This document shows positions 47,642-56,863 of a stretch of 59,752 nucleotides of DNA, one piece after another (position 1 is the stretch's first letter; each line of letters begins with the position of its first letter). A model generated the notes under the pieces. That model saw only the letters and a list, made by a program, of their open reading frames with translations, did no database searches and was not told the origin of the DNA. The stretch comes from a virus (lineage: Duplodnaviria > Caudoviricetes): the IMG/VR virus record IMGVR_UViG_3300021514_000001, positions 1 to 59,752 of that record. One strand, 5' to 3'. The position numbers and the translations under genes were made by a program.

Positions 47642-47941
47642 CTAACTGTTATTGGCTTCTTGAAGCTCAGCTAAGACATCAACGTTTAGCTCCTCCTTGC
47701 TAAACACATAAGTTAAAGAATTATCACCGACATTTTCTGGGACAAACAATGGTTGTCTGTTTCCCGATAGGATGTCATGCAAGGCCGGTACTTTGACGAT
47801 TCCGCTAAACATATCGTTACCAAGCTGGAGTGCCGTTTTCTTGTCGGCTTTATACATATGCTCAATGTAACTCATCATGCCTGGTATGTGGAATATCGGT
47901 GTTGATTCTATCCTGAGTTTGATGTGAGTTTCTTCATTCAT
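47642..47941 (-). CDS. Hypothetical protein
   Basis: Coupled ORF. Confidence 0.65.
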   Translation of the reverse strand: MNEETHIKLRIESTPIFHIPGMMSYIEHMYKADKKTALQLGNDMFSGIVKVPALHDILSGNRQPLFVPENVGDNSLTYVFSKEELNVDVLAELQEANNS

Positions 47942-48179
47942 TTAGTTGCTCCTCTGTAAAGAAAACCAGAACAAAATTATGTTCGTGGTAGAGATATGAT
48001 TTGATCGTGCCGTTCAATATCTGCTCAATGATATTAACGCTTATCCCTGGAAATAGATTATATACCAGTTCGTAAGCATCATCAAGACGATGTGAAGCGT
48101 AAAGCTCCTTGCCTAGCTCAAGCCTTGTTGGGGCGTGAACTAGGCGGCTGCCGTTGATGCGATGTTCTGTCATATTCAT
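47934..48179 (-). CDS. Hypothetical protein
   Basis: Coupled ORF. Confidence 0.6.
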   Translation of the reverse strand: MNMTEHRINGSRLVHAPTRLELGKELYASHRLDDAYELVYNLFPGISVNIIEQILNGTIKSYLYHEHNFVLVFFTEEQLNE

Positions 48180-48181
48180 AG

Positions 48182-51100
48182 CTAGAACAATGACATCTGC
48201 GCCGCATTGACTTTAGCGGGTTTACGTTTAGATACGGTTATCTTTGATTTGCCAAAGACCAGACGCTCAGGTTCGTTTGGCTCTACATCAATAACTTCGA
48301 CAACCTCTACAACTTCCGGTTTTTCGATTACCTGGGCAACTACCCCTGCCGGCGTGTGGACGATCCGCGCTTTAGTCCAGGTGTACTTGATGCCATTAAG
48401 TTCCTCTGTATTCTCGTCTACCGGCGTGGGTTCCTGATCCTCAACGACATATTCAGGATCTTCGTCATCTGTGATAGATTCCTCGCTGGTATAAGCAGAC
48501 TCTTCAGCAAAAGCCTTGTTTGCGCGTTCAAACAAGTCTTGAAGAGACTCGACTTTGACGGTTTCACCATCAACCTGTCCTCCCTTGTCCGGGTGATTAG
48601 CTTTCGCCAACTCTCGAAAGAGTTTCTTTGCTTCAGTAGGGGATTCGCAATCAGTAAAGTGCCCGGTGAAGATGCCATCGGATACCATTTCGTAGTCCAG
48701 GTTGATCTGAACCATCTTGGCTTTCTGCTCAACTCCCGAACGCATTAGCTTCGCTAATTCATTCTCGATGGATGAAGAGGCAAGTTTGTCAAGGTCTGCC
48801 AGATCATCTGACTCGATTGTGTCTCCGTTGACTCGCTTAGCTGCCGCTGCCTTAGCAATGATTAACTTTAAGGCTTGACCCTGGATCGTGTCAGTGTATG
48901 CAAAATGATACACTTTGCAATCATTGGTTTGCCCTAGCCGGTAAGCTCTGCCGCTGGCTTGAATCACTGTGTAGATAGAGAAGTCAGGAGCCATCCAGAT
49001 GATTGTTGGATAACTAAGGATGTCTAATCCCGTTTCAACTTTCTTAGGATGCGAGATTATGACCTGAACGTTGTCCTTCTCTGCCTTCCTGATCCATGCT
49101 TCACGTTTTGCAGGCGTACCCTTGAGGATAGCGGCGTGGATGTTGTGCTGCGCGAGGAACGCTTTCCATTGAGGCTGTATGTCTAGCGTGTTTGTCTGTC
49201 CCAAAACTAAGAGGCAGTTACGGCCGTTATCAATTTCATCCTTGATTAACTCAAGAATCTGCGATTCCTTTGGCGCAATTCCTAGAGGTTGGCCTGTGCC
49301 GGGGATAGATACAAGTGGTTCCTCCTCATTAGGCAGATAAACTTCCTTTGCTCGCCATGGCGCGTCTGGCCAGAACATGAGAGAGGCAATGTATTTACCC
49401 AACAGCGAACGATCACCTCTGATTAAGCGTTTAGATAACTCTTCGCTTAACCTGCTGTAAAGTTTGTCGTATTGAAGCTTCATCTGGGCATCCATTTCAA
49501 CTTCAATCACGTGCTCGCTGAACTTGGGCAAAGCAATGCCCATATCCTTGAGGCTGACAAAGATCGAGCGATTTAGCAGCCATGGCAGCATGGCCGGCGA
49601 TGAACCTGGGATTTCCCTGCTTGTGGTTCTCGTTCGTGATGCTCCTGTGCTCTTGGATGATATGTCATCGCTTTCCGTGCTGGTGTATTCGGTGACACCG
49701 TACTCCGTTTCCCATGCCTTTGCCATGATACGTCCCTTCTCGCTGGCCGTGAAATCTGTCCAATGTTCGCGGAACCCAGCTGATAGACGATACAAGAGCA
49801 AGAAGAGGGTGCTGGCTTTGCCGCCGTAGATCGTGCCGGTCATGATAAGAAACTTCTTTGAAGCAGCAACCATACGAGCATATGCTTCCCCTCGATCTGA
49901 ATCACCCTTGTATTGATGGGCTTCATCAACAATGGTGATGTCGATCATCCGGCGATAATGACGCTTGATGTAGGTGGCTATCGGATAGCGGCCCTTGGTC
50001 TTGCGTTCATCTTGCCAGAGTGGGGTATTGCAATGACGACAAGAATGTTTGATGTTCTTAAAGTCGCTAAGCTGAACAGGCAGGAAAGCATCCTTATGTT
50101 TTCTGTCTGCCACTGTTACCGCCTTGCCACAAGTAGGGCATGTGATGCGTGAGAAGGAAAACTGCTTTGCAACTTTTTTGCGCTCAGGAGTACCTTCTAC
50201 CGACTCGTTGTAATCCTCAATCATGCGATCGTAGAGCTTGGAACTTTTAACGATCTCGTATGGCTTAGTTTTCTTGTCAACGTAATCAAGAACCATCGGC
50301 CCAAAGTAGTTGATTCGGTGAGTCCAACCATCGCCTAACGACGCGGCCGTACTCTTGACTATGCCAAAGATGGGGCCCTGTGTACGAAAGAATCTATCAA
50401 CATCTGTGACGCTGTAGATACCCATTGCCATTGAGTCCGGCCATGTCGCTAATACCTCCCTGATCCATTTGTTAACCAGGTGCGGGGGACACATAACAAT
50501 AAAGTGATCGCGGTTGTTGTTCTTGTGCCATTGAGCATAAGCTGCGGAAACCGAAATCACTGTCTTGCCCGTACCTACCTGCCCTACTAGAATCGCGTCG
50601 TCGTGTTCCTCCCATTGCTGGCATATGGCCGCTGCACTATGCTTTTGTGCAGGTAGCAAGCCTGTTCGATTTGTGTTAGGTATTCTCCTTGGATTAACTC
50701 CCTTGAGATACTTTTTCCACTTGCCCAGCTTGAACATATATCTTGGCGGATACAACTCCTTGAGAAGCTCTGTAACCTTTATGATGTTATCTTTTAAGAA
50801 AGAGGCCAAAGAGCTGTTTTTCAGAACCCCAATCTCTCCCTTTTCGTCAATCGTTGTGATAACAGAACGTGGATCGTGAACAGTGACCGTCTTGGTTTTG
50901 TGAGTAGATTCGGTAGAAGAGGTTGATATTTCGGCTACTACCTGCTCGTTGTAAACAGAACCCTTGATTAAGATGCGGCCTTTGTCTGTCATCAACTCCT
51001 TGTTGTTGATATGGCCGGCGGCAATCGTGCTTGCAATATGTCCAATTTTCATTGGCGTAAGTGGGTCAAGCTCAATCTTGGGCGCCGGGGACAAGTATGT

Positions 51101-51880
51101 CCGGTACTCAGGGCGCGTTTCGATGCCATGACCTTTAACTTCTGCAATGACAGCTTCCGGGTTTGGGGACATACCAAAGAACCAGAACTTTTTCGATTCC
51201 TCAACATAGCTAAGGTCGAAAAGAGGTTTCACAAACGTTGGATGCTCTGGTAGATCGGCGTGTAGCGTAGCTAATTGGCGTAGGTTGCGCGTTACGGTTA
51301 CATCTGCACGTAAGGCTACCTTTCGCACGGTTCCGTAGATTACGACCTGCTTGTATGCGTTGTACGTATCACCTACGAAGCGGTACGCAAGCAAGTCTGT
51401 AAACCAGGAAGCGAGATAACGCTGCACAAGTCTGTCGCCTAAGATGCGTTCAGGCACTATCCAGATGAGCAAGCCACCTTCTGCAAGGTAGGGACGCATT
51501 GCCTTGAGCCAGGTGTATTCCTCCCGCCCTGATTCTTTGTCAAAGTCATACGGGGGGTTGAGATACAACACGGTGAATGACTTTCGCTCGGTGCGGATAT
51601 TCCTGTAATCATCATTGATTACACTGGCGCTGGTCGTATTCTCGATTACTTTCACGGCATCAGCCGCGTAGGATGCACGTTGTTCGTGCAGTTCGCAACC
51701 AAATGGGAGCAGGTTAGCTCCCCTTGCTATGCCGGTTAATGCGACTCCTTCGCCGCATCCCGGATCTAATATTTTCGATGTCCTCTCTCCATTCATCCTG
51801 GAGATCGTAGATAGAATCGGGGGTATCATCATTTCCGGAAGCGGGTAAAACCCCGCCTTTGCTGTTCCTGCTAGTCTCAT
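48182..51880 (-). CDS. Fusion: DUF6094-like N6-adenine MTase + SNF2/SF2 helicase (zinc ribbon insert) + C-terminal J-domain-like module
   Basis: AKAGFYPLP, ILDPGCGEG, LYLNPPYD; GQVGTGKT, IVDEAHQYK, MTGT, ETGLDI, QASGRAYRLGQ; AKKLFRELAKANHPDKGG. Confidence 0.9.
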   Translation of the reverse strand: MRLAGTAKAGFYPLPEMMIPPILSTISRMNGERTSKILDPGCGEGVALTGIARGANLLPFGCELHEQRASYAADAVKVIENTTSASVINDDYRNIRTERKSFTVLYLNPPYDFDKESGREEYTWLKAMRPYLAEGGLLIWIVPERILGDRLVQRYLASWFTDLLAYRFVGDTYNAYKQVVIYGTVRKVALRADVTVTRNLRQLATLHADLPEHPTFVKPLFDLSYVEESKKFWFFGMSPNPEAVIAEVKGHGIETRPEYRTYLSPAPKIELDPLTPMKIGHIASTIAAGHINNKELMTDKGRILIKGSVYNEQVVAEISTSSTESTHKTKTVTVHDPRSVITTIDEKGEIGVLKNSSLASFLKDNIIKVTELLKELYPPRYMFKLGKWKKYLKGVNPRRIPNTNRTGLLPAQKHSAAAICQQWEEHDDAILVGQVGTGKTVISVSAAYAQWHKNNNRDHFIVMCPPHLVNKWIREVLATWPDSMAMGIYSVTDVDRFFRTQGPIFGIVKSTAASLGDGWTHRINYFGPMVLDYVDKKTKPYEIVKSSKLYDRMIEDYNESVEGTPERKKVAKQFSFSRITCPTCGKAVTVADRKHKDAFLPVQLSDFKNIKHSCRHCNTPLWQDERKTKGRYPIATYIKRHYRRMIDITIVDEAHQYKGDSDRGEAYARMVAASKKFLIMTGTIYGGKASTLFLLLYRLSAGFREHWTDFTASEKGRIMAKAWETEYGVTEYTSTESDDISSKSTGASRTRTTSREIPGSSPAMLPWLLNRSIFVSLKDMGIALPKFSEHVIEVEMDAQMKLQYDKLYSRLSEELSKRLIRGDRSLLGKYIASLMFWPDAPWRAKEVYLPNEEEPLVSIPGTGQPLGIAPKESQILELIKDEIDNGRNCLLVLGQTNTLDIQPQWKAFLAQHNIHAAILKGTPAKREAWIRKAEKDNVQVIISHPKKVETGLDILSYPTIIWMAPDFSIYTVIQASGRAYRLGQTNDCKVYHFAYTDTIQGQALKLIIAKAAAAKRVNGDTIESDDLADLDKLASSSIENELAKLMRSGVEQKAKMVQINLDYEMVSDGIFTGHFTDCESPTEAKKLFRELAKANHPDKGGQVDGETVKVESLQDLFERANKAFAEESAYTSEESITDDEDPEYVVEDQEPTPVDENTEELNGIKYTWTKARIVHTPAGVVAQVIEKPEVVEVVEVIDVEPNEPERLVFGKSKITVSKRKPAKVNAAQMSLF

Positions 51881-52166
51881 AAGATTTACTCCTCGTTATA
51901 GGTGGAATGGTGTCTGAATCAAGCGATTCAAAATCAATCCAAATAGGCTTGATTACATGCCCATAATCTTCAATTAACTTGACGTAGAATGGGTAATCCC
52001 AATTAGGATGATTACCCCTGTATTCGTCGATGTGGTTGTAGCGGATTTGCTCCCATGTAAGATCACTTGCTGACAACGATTCAACCAATCGCTCTGCGTT
52101 GTGTTCTTCCAATGTGAAGCAAATCACGCCATCGACTTCGTGAATGGAGCCGAATACTACGAACAT
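51714..52166 (-). CDS. Hypothetical protein (3' end overlaps the MTase-helicase start)
   Basis: Fills the gap between two large genes; overlap of about 165 nt is unusual. Confidence 0.5.
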   Translation of the reverse strand: MFVVFGSIHEVDGVICFTLEEHNAERLVESLSASDLTWEQIRYNHIDEYRGNHPNWDYPFYVKLIEDYGHVIKPIWIDFESLDSDTIPPITRSKSYETSRNSKGGVLPASGNDDTPDSIYDLQDEWREDIENIRSGMRRRSRINRHSKGS

Positions 52167-53791
52167 GAAAATACTAAATCCTTTGAGGCAACACCTGCGG
52201 ATATGAGTGTTCCCCAATCAGTGCTGCTTAAGCCGCGCTTGATCGTCCAGGATGTGCCGCCGATTTGTTTGTTTGGGTTACCTGTGTAAGTAATCATCCC
52301 GATTGAACGACCTAATACCCAAAGATACTCGGCCCAATGCGGCATGATAGGAACCTTTAGGAAACGATCTAGCGTTGCCAAGAAGTGATTGGGCATTGCG
52401 TCAGATCTCTCGGTGGTCAGCAGATAGAATTTGCTATCTAGCGGCGTTAGCTCAGTTGGTGAAGCATCATGGTTGATTAAGATCATCTGGTATAAACCGG
52501 ATGGGAGTTCTGATTCAAATCGCTTGTGATTCTTTGCATTTGCGACTTTGAAATATTCTCCTTCGTAGTAGTGCTGCTTCTTACTCATAAGCTCTGCCCA
52601 ATTTGCCCGGACACTATTTCGTGGACCTACCATGTTTAGATATATCAACTCCTCTGATGCGGGATTCAAGATGAATCCGACAAGCGTAACAGGTAAACCT
52701 GCGGCGAATGATGCCTTGTGGCTGTGTTGAAGAGAAGCCTCGGTCATTCGCTGTTTTTGAACACATACGAACCGTTCGTTTGGTGTGCCAAAACTAAAGT
52801 GATCGCTCCAATACTCTTCCGTGTAAAGATCAAAGCCGTTGATAACAAGAGGTTTCGCCCATTCCCCGGTACTACCCATAAGCTGAAACTTGATTTTAGA
52901 CGTTGGCAGGTTAATCCCATGATCCAGGAGTCGATCTCGGATCGTCTGTAATGGCATTACCTGATAGCCATGATCACTAAAAACCAGATTGCCATCATCG
53001 GACAAGATCTGCCGGCCAATATCCTCGATATTGTCGGGCATCTCAATGGGCTTGGGGATGAAGCGATCTTGCACATGATTGTACTTGTAGAGTTCAGCCA
53101 TTTGCTCGACATACTCTTGAAAATCCTGCGGGAAAAGATCCGGCTTTGAGTAATAGGAACGGCCGTAAGCATCCTGAGCCACGATGTCGTAGAAACCACT
53201 GTCGGAGAAGGAGTTATCACCATCAAACTCCTGATCCATCTTTGCTGTAGGAGTCGGTGTCCATTTAGGATATGCGGTGAAAAGCTGACGATCGGGCTGG
53301 TATGTCCACTCTCCAGCATCAAGCACGGCATTGATGATGTTCTTGACGAGCTGCATACGACTATCCTGTGCTATGCCGACGTACATATGATTCCAAACAT
53401 GCTCGTAAATCACGGAGTCGTAAAGATAGACTTCAGGGTAAGCACGTTGGTTGTACGCTCTTGTGTAGAAGTCGAACGAGGAAAGAGCTTCTTTCACGGC
53501 CTCAATGTCGGGCGGGTTGACAACCTGGTAATACGCTCCGCGTTCAGTAAAATCAACGTCTGGCGGCATGAACTCGCGCTCTGTCCCTAAGTTGCTCAAA
53601 CCACGGGCGCTATCCAGATGATCCATAAGCAGTTGGAACCTCTTGGGGGACATATTCCCCTCAGTCATTATCCAATCAATGAGTGAATCTTTGCTGACGT
53701 AGGTGAGGTTTTTAATAACAAACCGCCTGACGTGATTCGCCTCCATCGCATTGTTTAACAAAGTTTCGAGTGACGATTCTGTATGATCCAT
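52157..53791 (-). CDS. Hypothetical protein; C-terminal domain resembles plasmid/ICE proteins found next to DUF6094 MTases
   Basis: LIYLNMVGPRNSVRANWAEL...VPIMPHWAEYLW; GGAGG RBS. Confidence 0.65.
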   Translation of the reverse strand: MDHTESSLETLLNNAMEANHVRRFVIKNLTYVSKDSLIDWIMTEGNMSPKRFQLLMDHLDSARGLSNLGTEREFMPPDVDFTERGAYYQVVNPPDIEAVKEALSSFDFYTRAYNQRAYPEVYLYDSVIYEHVWNHMYVGIAQDSRMQLVKNIINAVLDAGEWTYQPDRQLFTAYPKWTPTPTAKMDQEFDGDNSFSDSGFYDIVAQDAYGRSYYSKPDLFPQDFQEYVEQMAELYKYNHVQDRFIPKPIEMPDNIEDIGRQILSDDGNLVFSDHGYQVMPLQTIRDRLLDHGINLPTSKIKFQLMGSTGEWAKPLVINGFDLYTEEYWSDHFSFGTPNERFVCVQKQRMTEASLQHSHKASFAAGLPVTLVGFILNPASEELIYLNMVGPRNSVRANWAELMSKKQHYYEGEYFKVANAKNHKRFESELPSGLYQMILINHDASPTELTPLDSKFYLLTTERSDAMPNHFLATLDRFLKVPIMPHWAEYLWVLGRSIGMITYTGNPNKQIGGTSWTIKRGLSSTDWGTLISAGVASKDLVFSCS

Positions 53792-53794
53792 AAC

Positions 53795-54361
53795 CTATAC
53801 CTCCAGATGTGCTTTGCGGATCTGTTCGATTTCTGCGGCCGTGATGCCGTTCACCCATGCTTGAAGCTCTAATGCGAACGTCTGTAGTTCGCTTAGGCTG
53901 TACTTGAGCGTGGTGAATGTCCATGCCTCCTTAGGCGCTTTGGCATCGGGCAGAACGACTCCGTTAGTCTCTCGGCCTGGGCCAATGCCCACCGTCAAGA
54001 AATACTTGTGCGATTCGTCTGCGCGATTCTTTTTGCTGTCGGCCAGACTGCCACGTCGGATCTTCATGACACGGCAAGTAGGTGTGCCCTTTGATACAAT
54101 GCCCTTGACGGAAGTCCAAGCGTTCTCTGGGCCAGGCTCAATGCCGCGAAGAATGTTGAAGCACATGAAACGAACGTCTGGAAAGTCCAGATAGTGACTA
54201 GCATCCTGGATGGTAGACCCATTCTGCGTTTTACCGGCCCAAATCTTGATCTTACGAAAGTCGGTGTCCTGTCCTGGCAAGCAATACTCTGCATGGAGGA
54301 AGGCGCTGAGATTATGAAATGTGTAGAAGCGGTGATCTTTGTTATCCCAAATGTTTGACAT
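53795..54361 (-). CDS. Hypothetical protein
   Basis: GAGGAG RBS; 188 aa. Confidence 0.7.
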   Translation of the reverse strand: MSNIWDNKDHRFYTFHNLSAFLHAEYCLPGQDTDFRKIKIWAGKTQNGSTIQDASHYLDFPDVRFMCFNILRGIEPGPENAWTSVKGIVSKGTPTCRVMKIRRGSLADSKKNRADESHKYFLTVGIGPGRETNGVVLPDAKAPKEAWTFTTLKYSLSELQTFALELQAWVNGITAAEIEQIRKAHLEV

Positions 54362-54441
54362 GGTTGTACTCCTCGATTAGTTGTGGTTGGTTGATAAAAC
54401 GAGCGAGCAGGAAATACTCCTGCTCGCTTTGCTTGAATATA

Positions 54442-54951
54442 CTAGAACGGGAACCCGTCCTCGCTGTCCTCATCCTCTCCGTAGTGGACGGTTCCGTCAG
54501 CCATAGTGACGGTGGTGAAGTCCGTGGTCGGTTCGTCAACCTTCTGATCCTGGGAGCTGAACTCTTCGGAATCGCTAACAGCAGATTGTTGCTGAGGATT
54601 TTCACCAAACTCGACGGTCCAGGCGAGCAGCTCGAAGGTTGTACGAGGGTCTGCACGCTCAGTGTCGTCAGTCTTGAACCAGATGCGCGGATTGCCCCAA
54701 TCATTCGAGCGCATTTTCCCTTCGACAAGAACCTTGCGGCCTTTCTTCAGGTGACGGTTGCAGGCCTCAGCCTGGTTGTTGCTAACTCGAACTGTGTACC
54801 AGGTCGTGTCCTTCTGCCGGTTACCATTTGAATCTGTCCACTCGTCGTTGACTGCAACGGGAAAAACGCTGCCGGTTGAACCGCTGGGTAAACGAACTTC
54901 TTTCGGATCTCTGCCTAAATTACCAATGATCATTACTTTGTGTAGTTTCAT
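54442..54951 (-). CDS. ssb: Single-stranded DNA-binding protein
   Basis: KVMIIGNLGRDP, DTTWYTV, LKKGRKVLVEG, acidic tail ending DGFPF. Confidence 0.95.
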   Translation of the reverse strand: MKLHKVMIIGNLGRDPKEVRLPSGSTGSVFPVAVNDEWTDSNGNRQKDTTWYTVRVSNNQAEACNRHLKKGRKVLVEGKMRSNDWGNPRIWFKTDDTERADPRTTFELLAWTVEFGENPQQQSAVSDSEEFSSQDQKVDEPTTDFTTVTMADGTVHYGEDEDSEDGFPF

Positions 54952-54999
54952 AACTACTCCTCGTCTGCATCGCAGACTTATTGTGCCAGGTTTCGGCGT

Positions 55000-55448
55000 G
55001 GTTGATAAAATCGCCCTGGCCTACATAGACCAGGGCGTGAAAGACTAAAATAACAAGTACGGTATGTCAGCGTCCCATATGGTTACATTCAAATAGCCGA
55101 TAAGATCCGTCATGTCAATATCGTAGGTACAGTAATCTTCAGCTAAGAGGACAAACCCCTCGATTGCACTTGAATCACGCCTGACAAGTCCGAAGCTAAA
55201 ATCCTCCTCGCCCATAGGCGTTAAGTATGGGAACTTGTAGAGAAGCGAGATGCCGAATTCTTCGGTGAAGTAGACGATGGCCTGCCAATCGCGGCCGTAT
55301 GGGTGGAGGTTTATATCAACTATTTCTAAACTTGCTTTACGTGCAATCTCTTCGATTAATTCAATGGTGAGCATTGGTTGTGTCCTCGTTAACTAGAAAA
55401 GTGGGTTGATAAAATCGCCCTGGCCTACATAGACCAGGGCGTGAAAGA
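55000..55448. repeat. 45-bp exact direct repeat (55000-55044, 55404-55448) containing a terminator-like hairpin, flanking one gene
   Basis: GGTTGATAAAATCGCCCTGGCCTACATAGACCAGGGCGTGAAAGA occurs twice. Confidence 0.95.
55045..55374 (-). CDS. Hypothetical acidic protein
   Basis: GAGGA RBS; bracketed by the 45-bp repeats. Confidence 0.7.
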   Translation of the reverse strand: MLTIELIEEIARKASLEIVDINLHPYGRDWQAIVYFTEEFGISLLYKFPYLTPMGEEDFSFGLVRRDSSAIEGFVLLAEDYCTYDIDMTDLIGYLNVTIWDADIPYLLF

Positions 55449-55453
55449 TGATC

Positions 55454-55642
55454 CTAGAGGCTGATTACCTCCAAAACTTTCAGTTCTGCGGCCGTATTGC
55501 GACGGTCGTGCCGGTGGGAAAGCTGCCGGTCACTTTTTGACGGGCGGATCTCTTCCTCAGCCTGAGTGTAAACGACCTGAATGGGAGGAGTGGACATTGA
55601 TGAAAAACTAGCGGATACGGTGATACGTGGTTGTTGAAACAT
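55454..55642 (-). CDS. Small hypothetical protein
   Basis: Start MFQQP with AAGGGG RBS. Confidence 0.5.
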   Translation of the reverse strand: MFQQPRITVSASFSSMSTPPIQVVYTQAEEEIRPSKSDRQLSHRHDRRNTAAELKVLEVISL

Positions 55643-55694
55643 GAAAATTCCCCTTGAGGAACCGGCGCTCAAGCCGATTCCTCGCTAAAACTAA

Positions 55695-56192
55695 TTACGA
55701 TAAAACCTTACACGGTGTGCCATAATATGATTGATGCCAATCCCTCAGGTATTGAGTGATATTGCTGTGATCTGATATTTCGGCGCGCACCTTCATAAGC
55801 AGAATGCCAAGCATATTACCCTTCTCTTTATCGGCACATTTGGGGCAAACACAACTCGCCCAATAATTATCATGCCAATGAACTAGATGGATGATTTCCT
55901 GATCGCCTGTGCCTATCAATGCTTCTTTCATATGAGGATCTGTAAACTTCTGACGCAGCGCGAAAAGCATTACACTTCGATTTACTCTGTGCCAATCATT
56001 TCGGCGATCGAATCCTTTGCCATATTTCTTGGCCTCTGCCGGATGTTCTATACCGGCAATCTTTAAACGCTCGGCGATGTCTGTGGTCATCATAGCCACA
56101 AAGAAATGCTCAATGCTGGGGTAAGCTATATGCTCATACAAAATATGCTTGTGTGCGGGCAAATAAAAATTGCTAAATTCTTTGATCCACAT
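55695..56192 (-). CDS. NADAR family protein (YbiA-like; putative ADP-ribosyl/N-glycosidase)
   Basis: FSNFY, YPSIEHFF, AKKYG, W...VM..ALRQKF, LIGTG, DNYW, GNMLGILLMKVR. Confidence 0.9.
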   Translation of the reverse strand: MWIKEFSNFYLPAHKHILYEHIAYPSIEHFFVAMMTTDIAERLKIAGIEHPAEAKKYGKGFDRRNDWHRVNRSVMLFALRQKFTDPHMKEALIGTGDQEIIHLVHWHDNYWASCVCPKCADKEKGNMLGILLMKVRAEISDHSNITQYLRDWHQSYYGTPCKVLS

Positions 56193-56437
56193 TTTATTAC
56201 CTCCTCGTAATAACTAAGCGGTTGCACTAATACGTACTAGACGCTGAGCGGAAAGATCATCCTGTTTTTAACAGAACTATGTAAGCTCCGGATCACTTCC
56301 CCGCCAGCGCAGCGAAAAAATTTTTTTTGAGAAATATATAGTATTATGATTGCCGTGTACGAACACGGTGCAATCTTTCGCCTGGCTGCGGGTTTGGATT
56401 TTTCTTCAGCCAGTCGCTTATTTTCTTTGGCGCCAAA

Positions 56438-56863
56438 TTATCGGGGGGACAACCTGCGGCGCGATCTCCGGTTGGATTTTTTTCCTGTTGGGTAAACTTT
56501 GGGGGGGGTCGCGTGGGGCCGGCTGTTTTCTTTCGTTGGAAGTATGACGGCCGTCTTTGCCTGGTGCGTATAGGCGGAGCGGGTACGGTGTGCCTTCAAG
56601 CTGCCGGCTATGGGGTAGTCAAGAATAATTAAGCGGCTGGCGGATAACATTCGACTATATAAAATCGTGGGGTGGCGGTCCATGTCGCGGAGCATGGGTA
56701 ACCTTTCGCCTTGTGCATATTGGCGGAGCGTGGCGGCTGTGTGATCATCTCCATGATATAAAATTGATGGGCTTTCGATCTCCAGCAACAAGTTGTCAAG
56801 CTGCGCGATCATGTTTTCTTCTTTACCTGGTGGGATGGTTCCTACAATGTAAATTGATTGCAT
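56438..56863 (-). CDS. Divergent SLOG/YspA(DUF2493)-like protein
   Basis: IYIVG...LDNLL...ILYHGD...YAQ...RMLSASRLIIL topology; AGGAG RBS. Confidence 0.5.
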   Translation of the reverse strand: MQSIYIVGTIPPGKEENMIAQLDNLLLEIESPSILYHGDDHTAATLRQYAQGERLPMLRDMDRHPTILYSRMLSASRLIILDYPIAGSLKAHRTRSAYTHQAKTAVILPTKENSRPHATPPKVYPTGKKSNRRSRRRLSPR

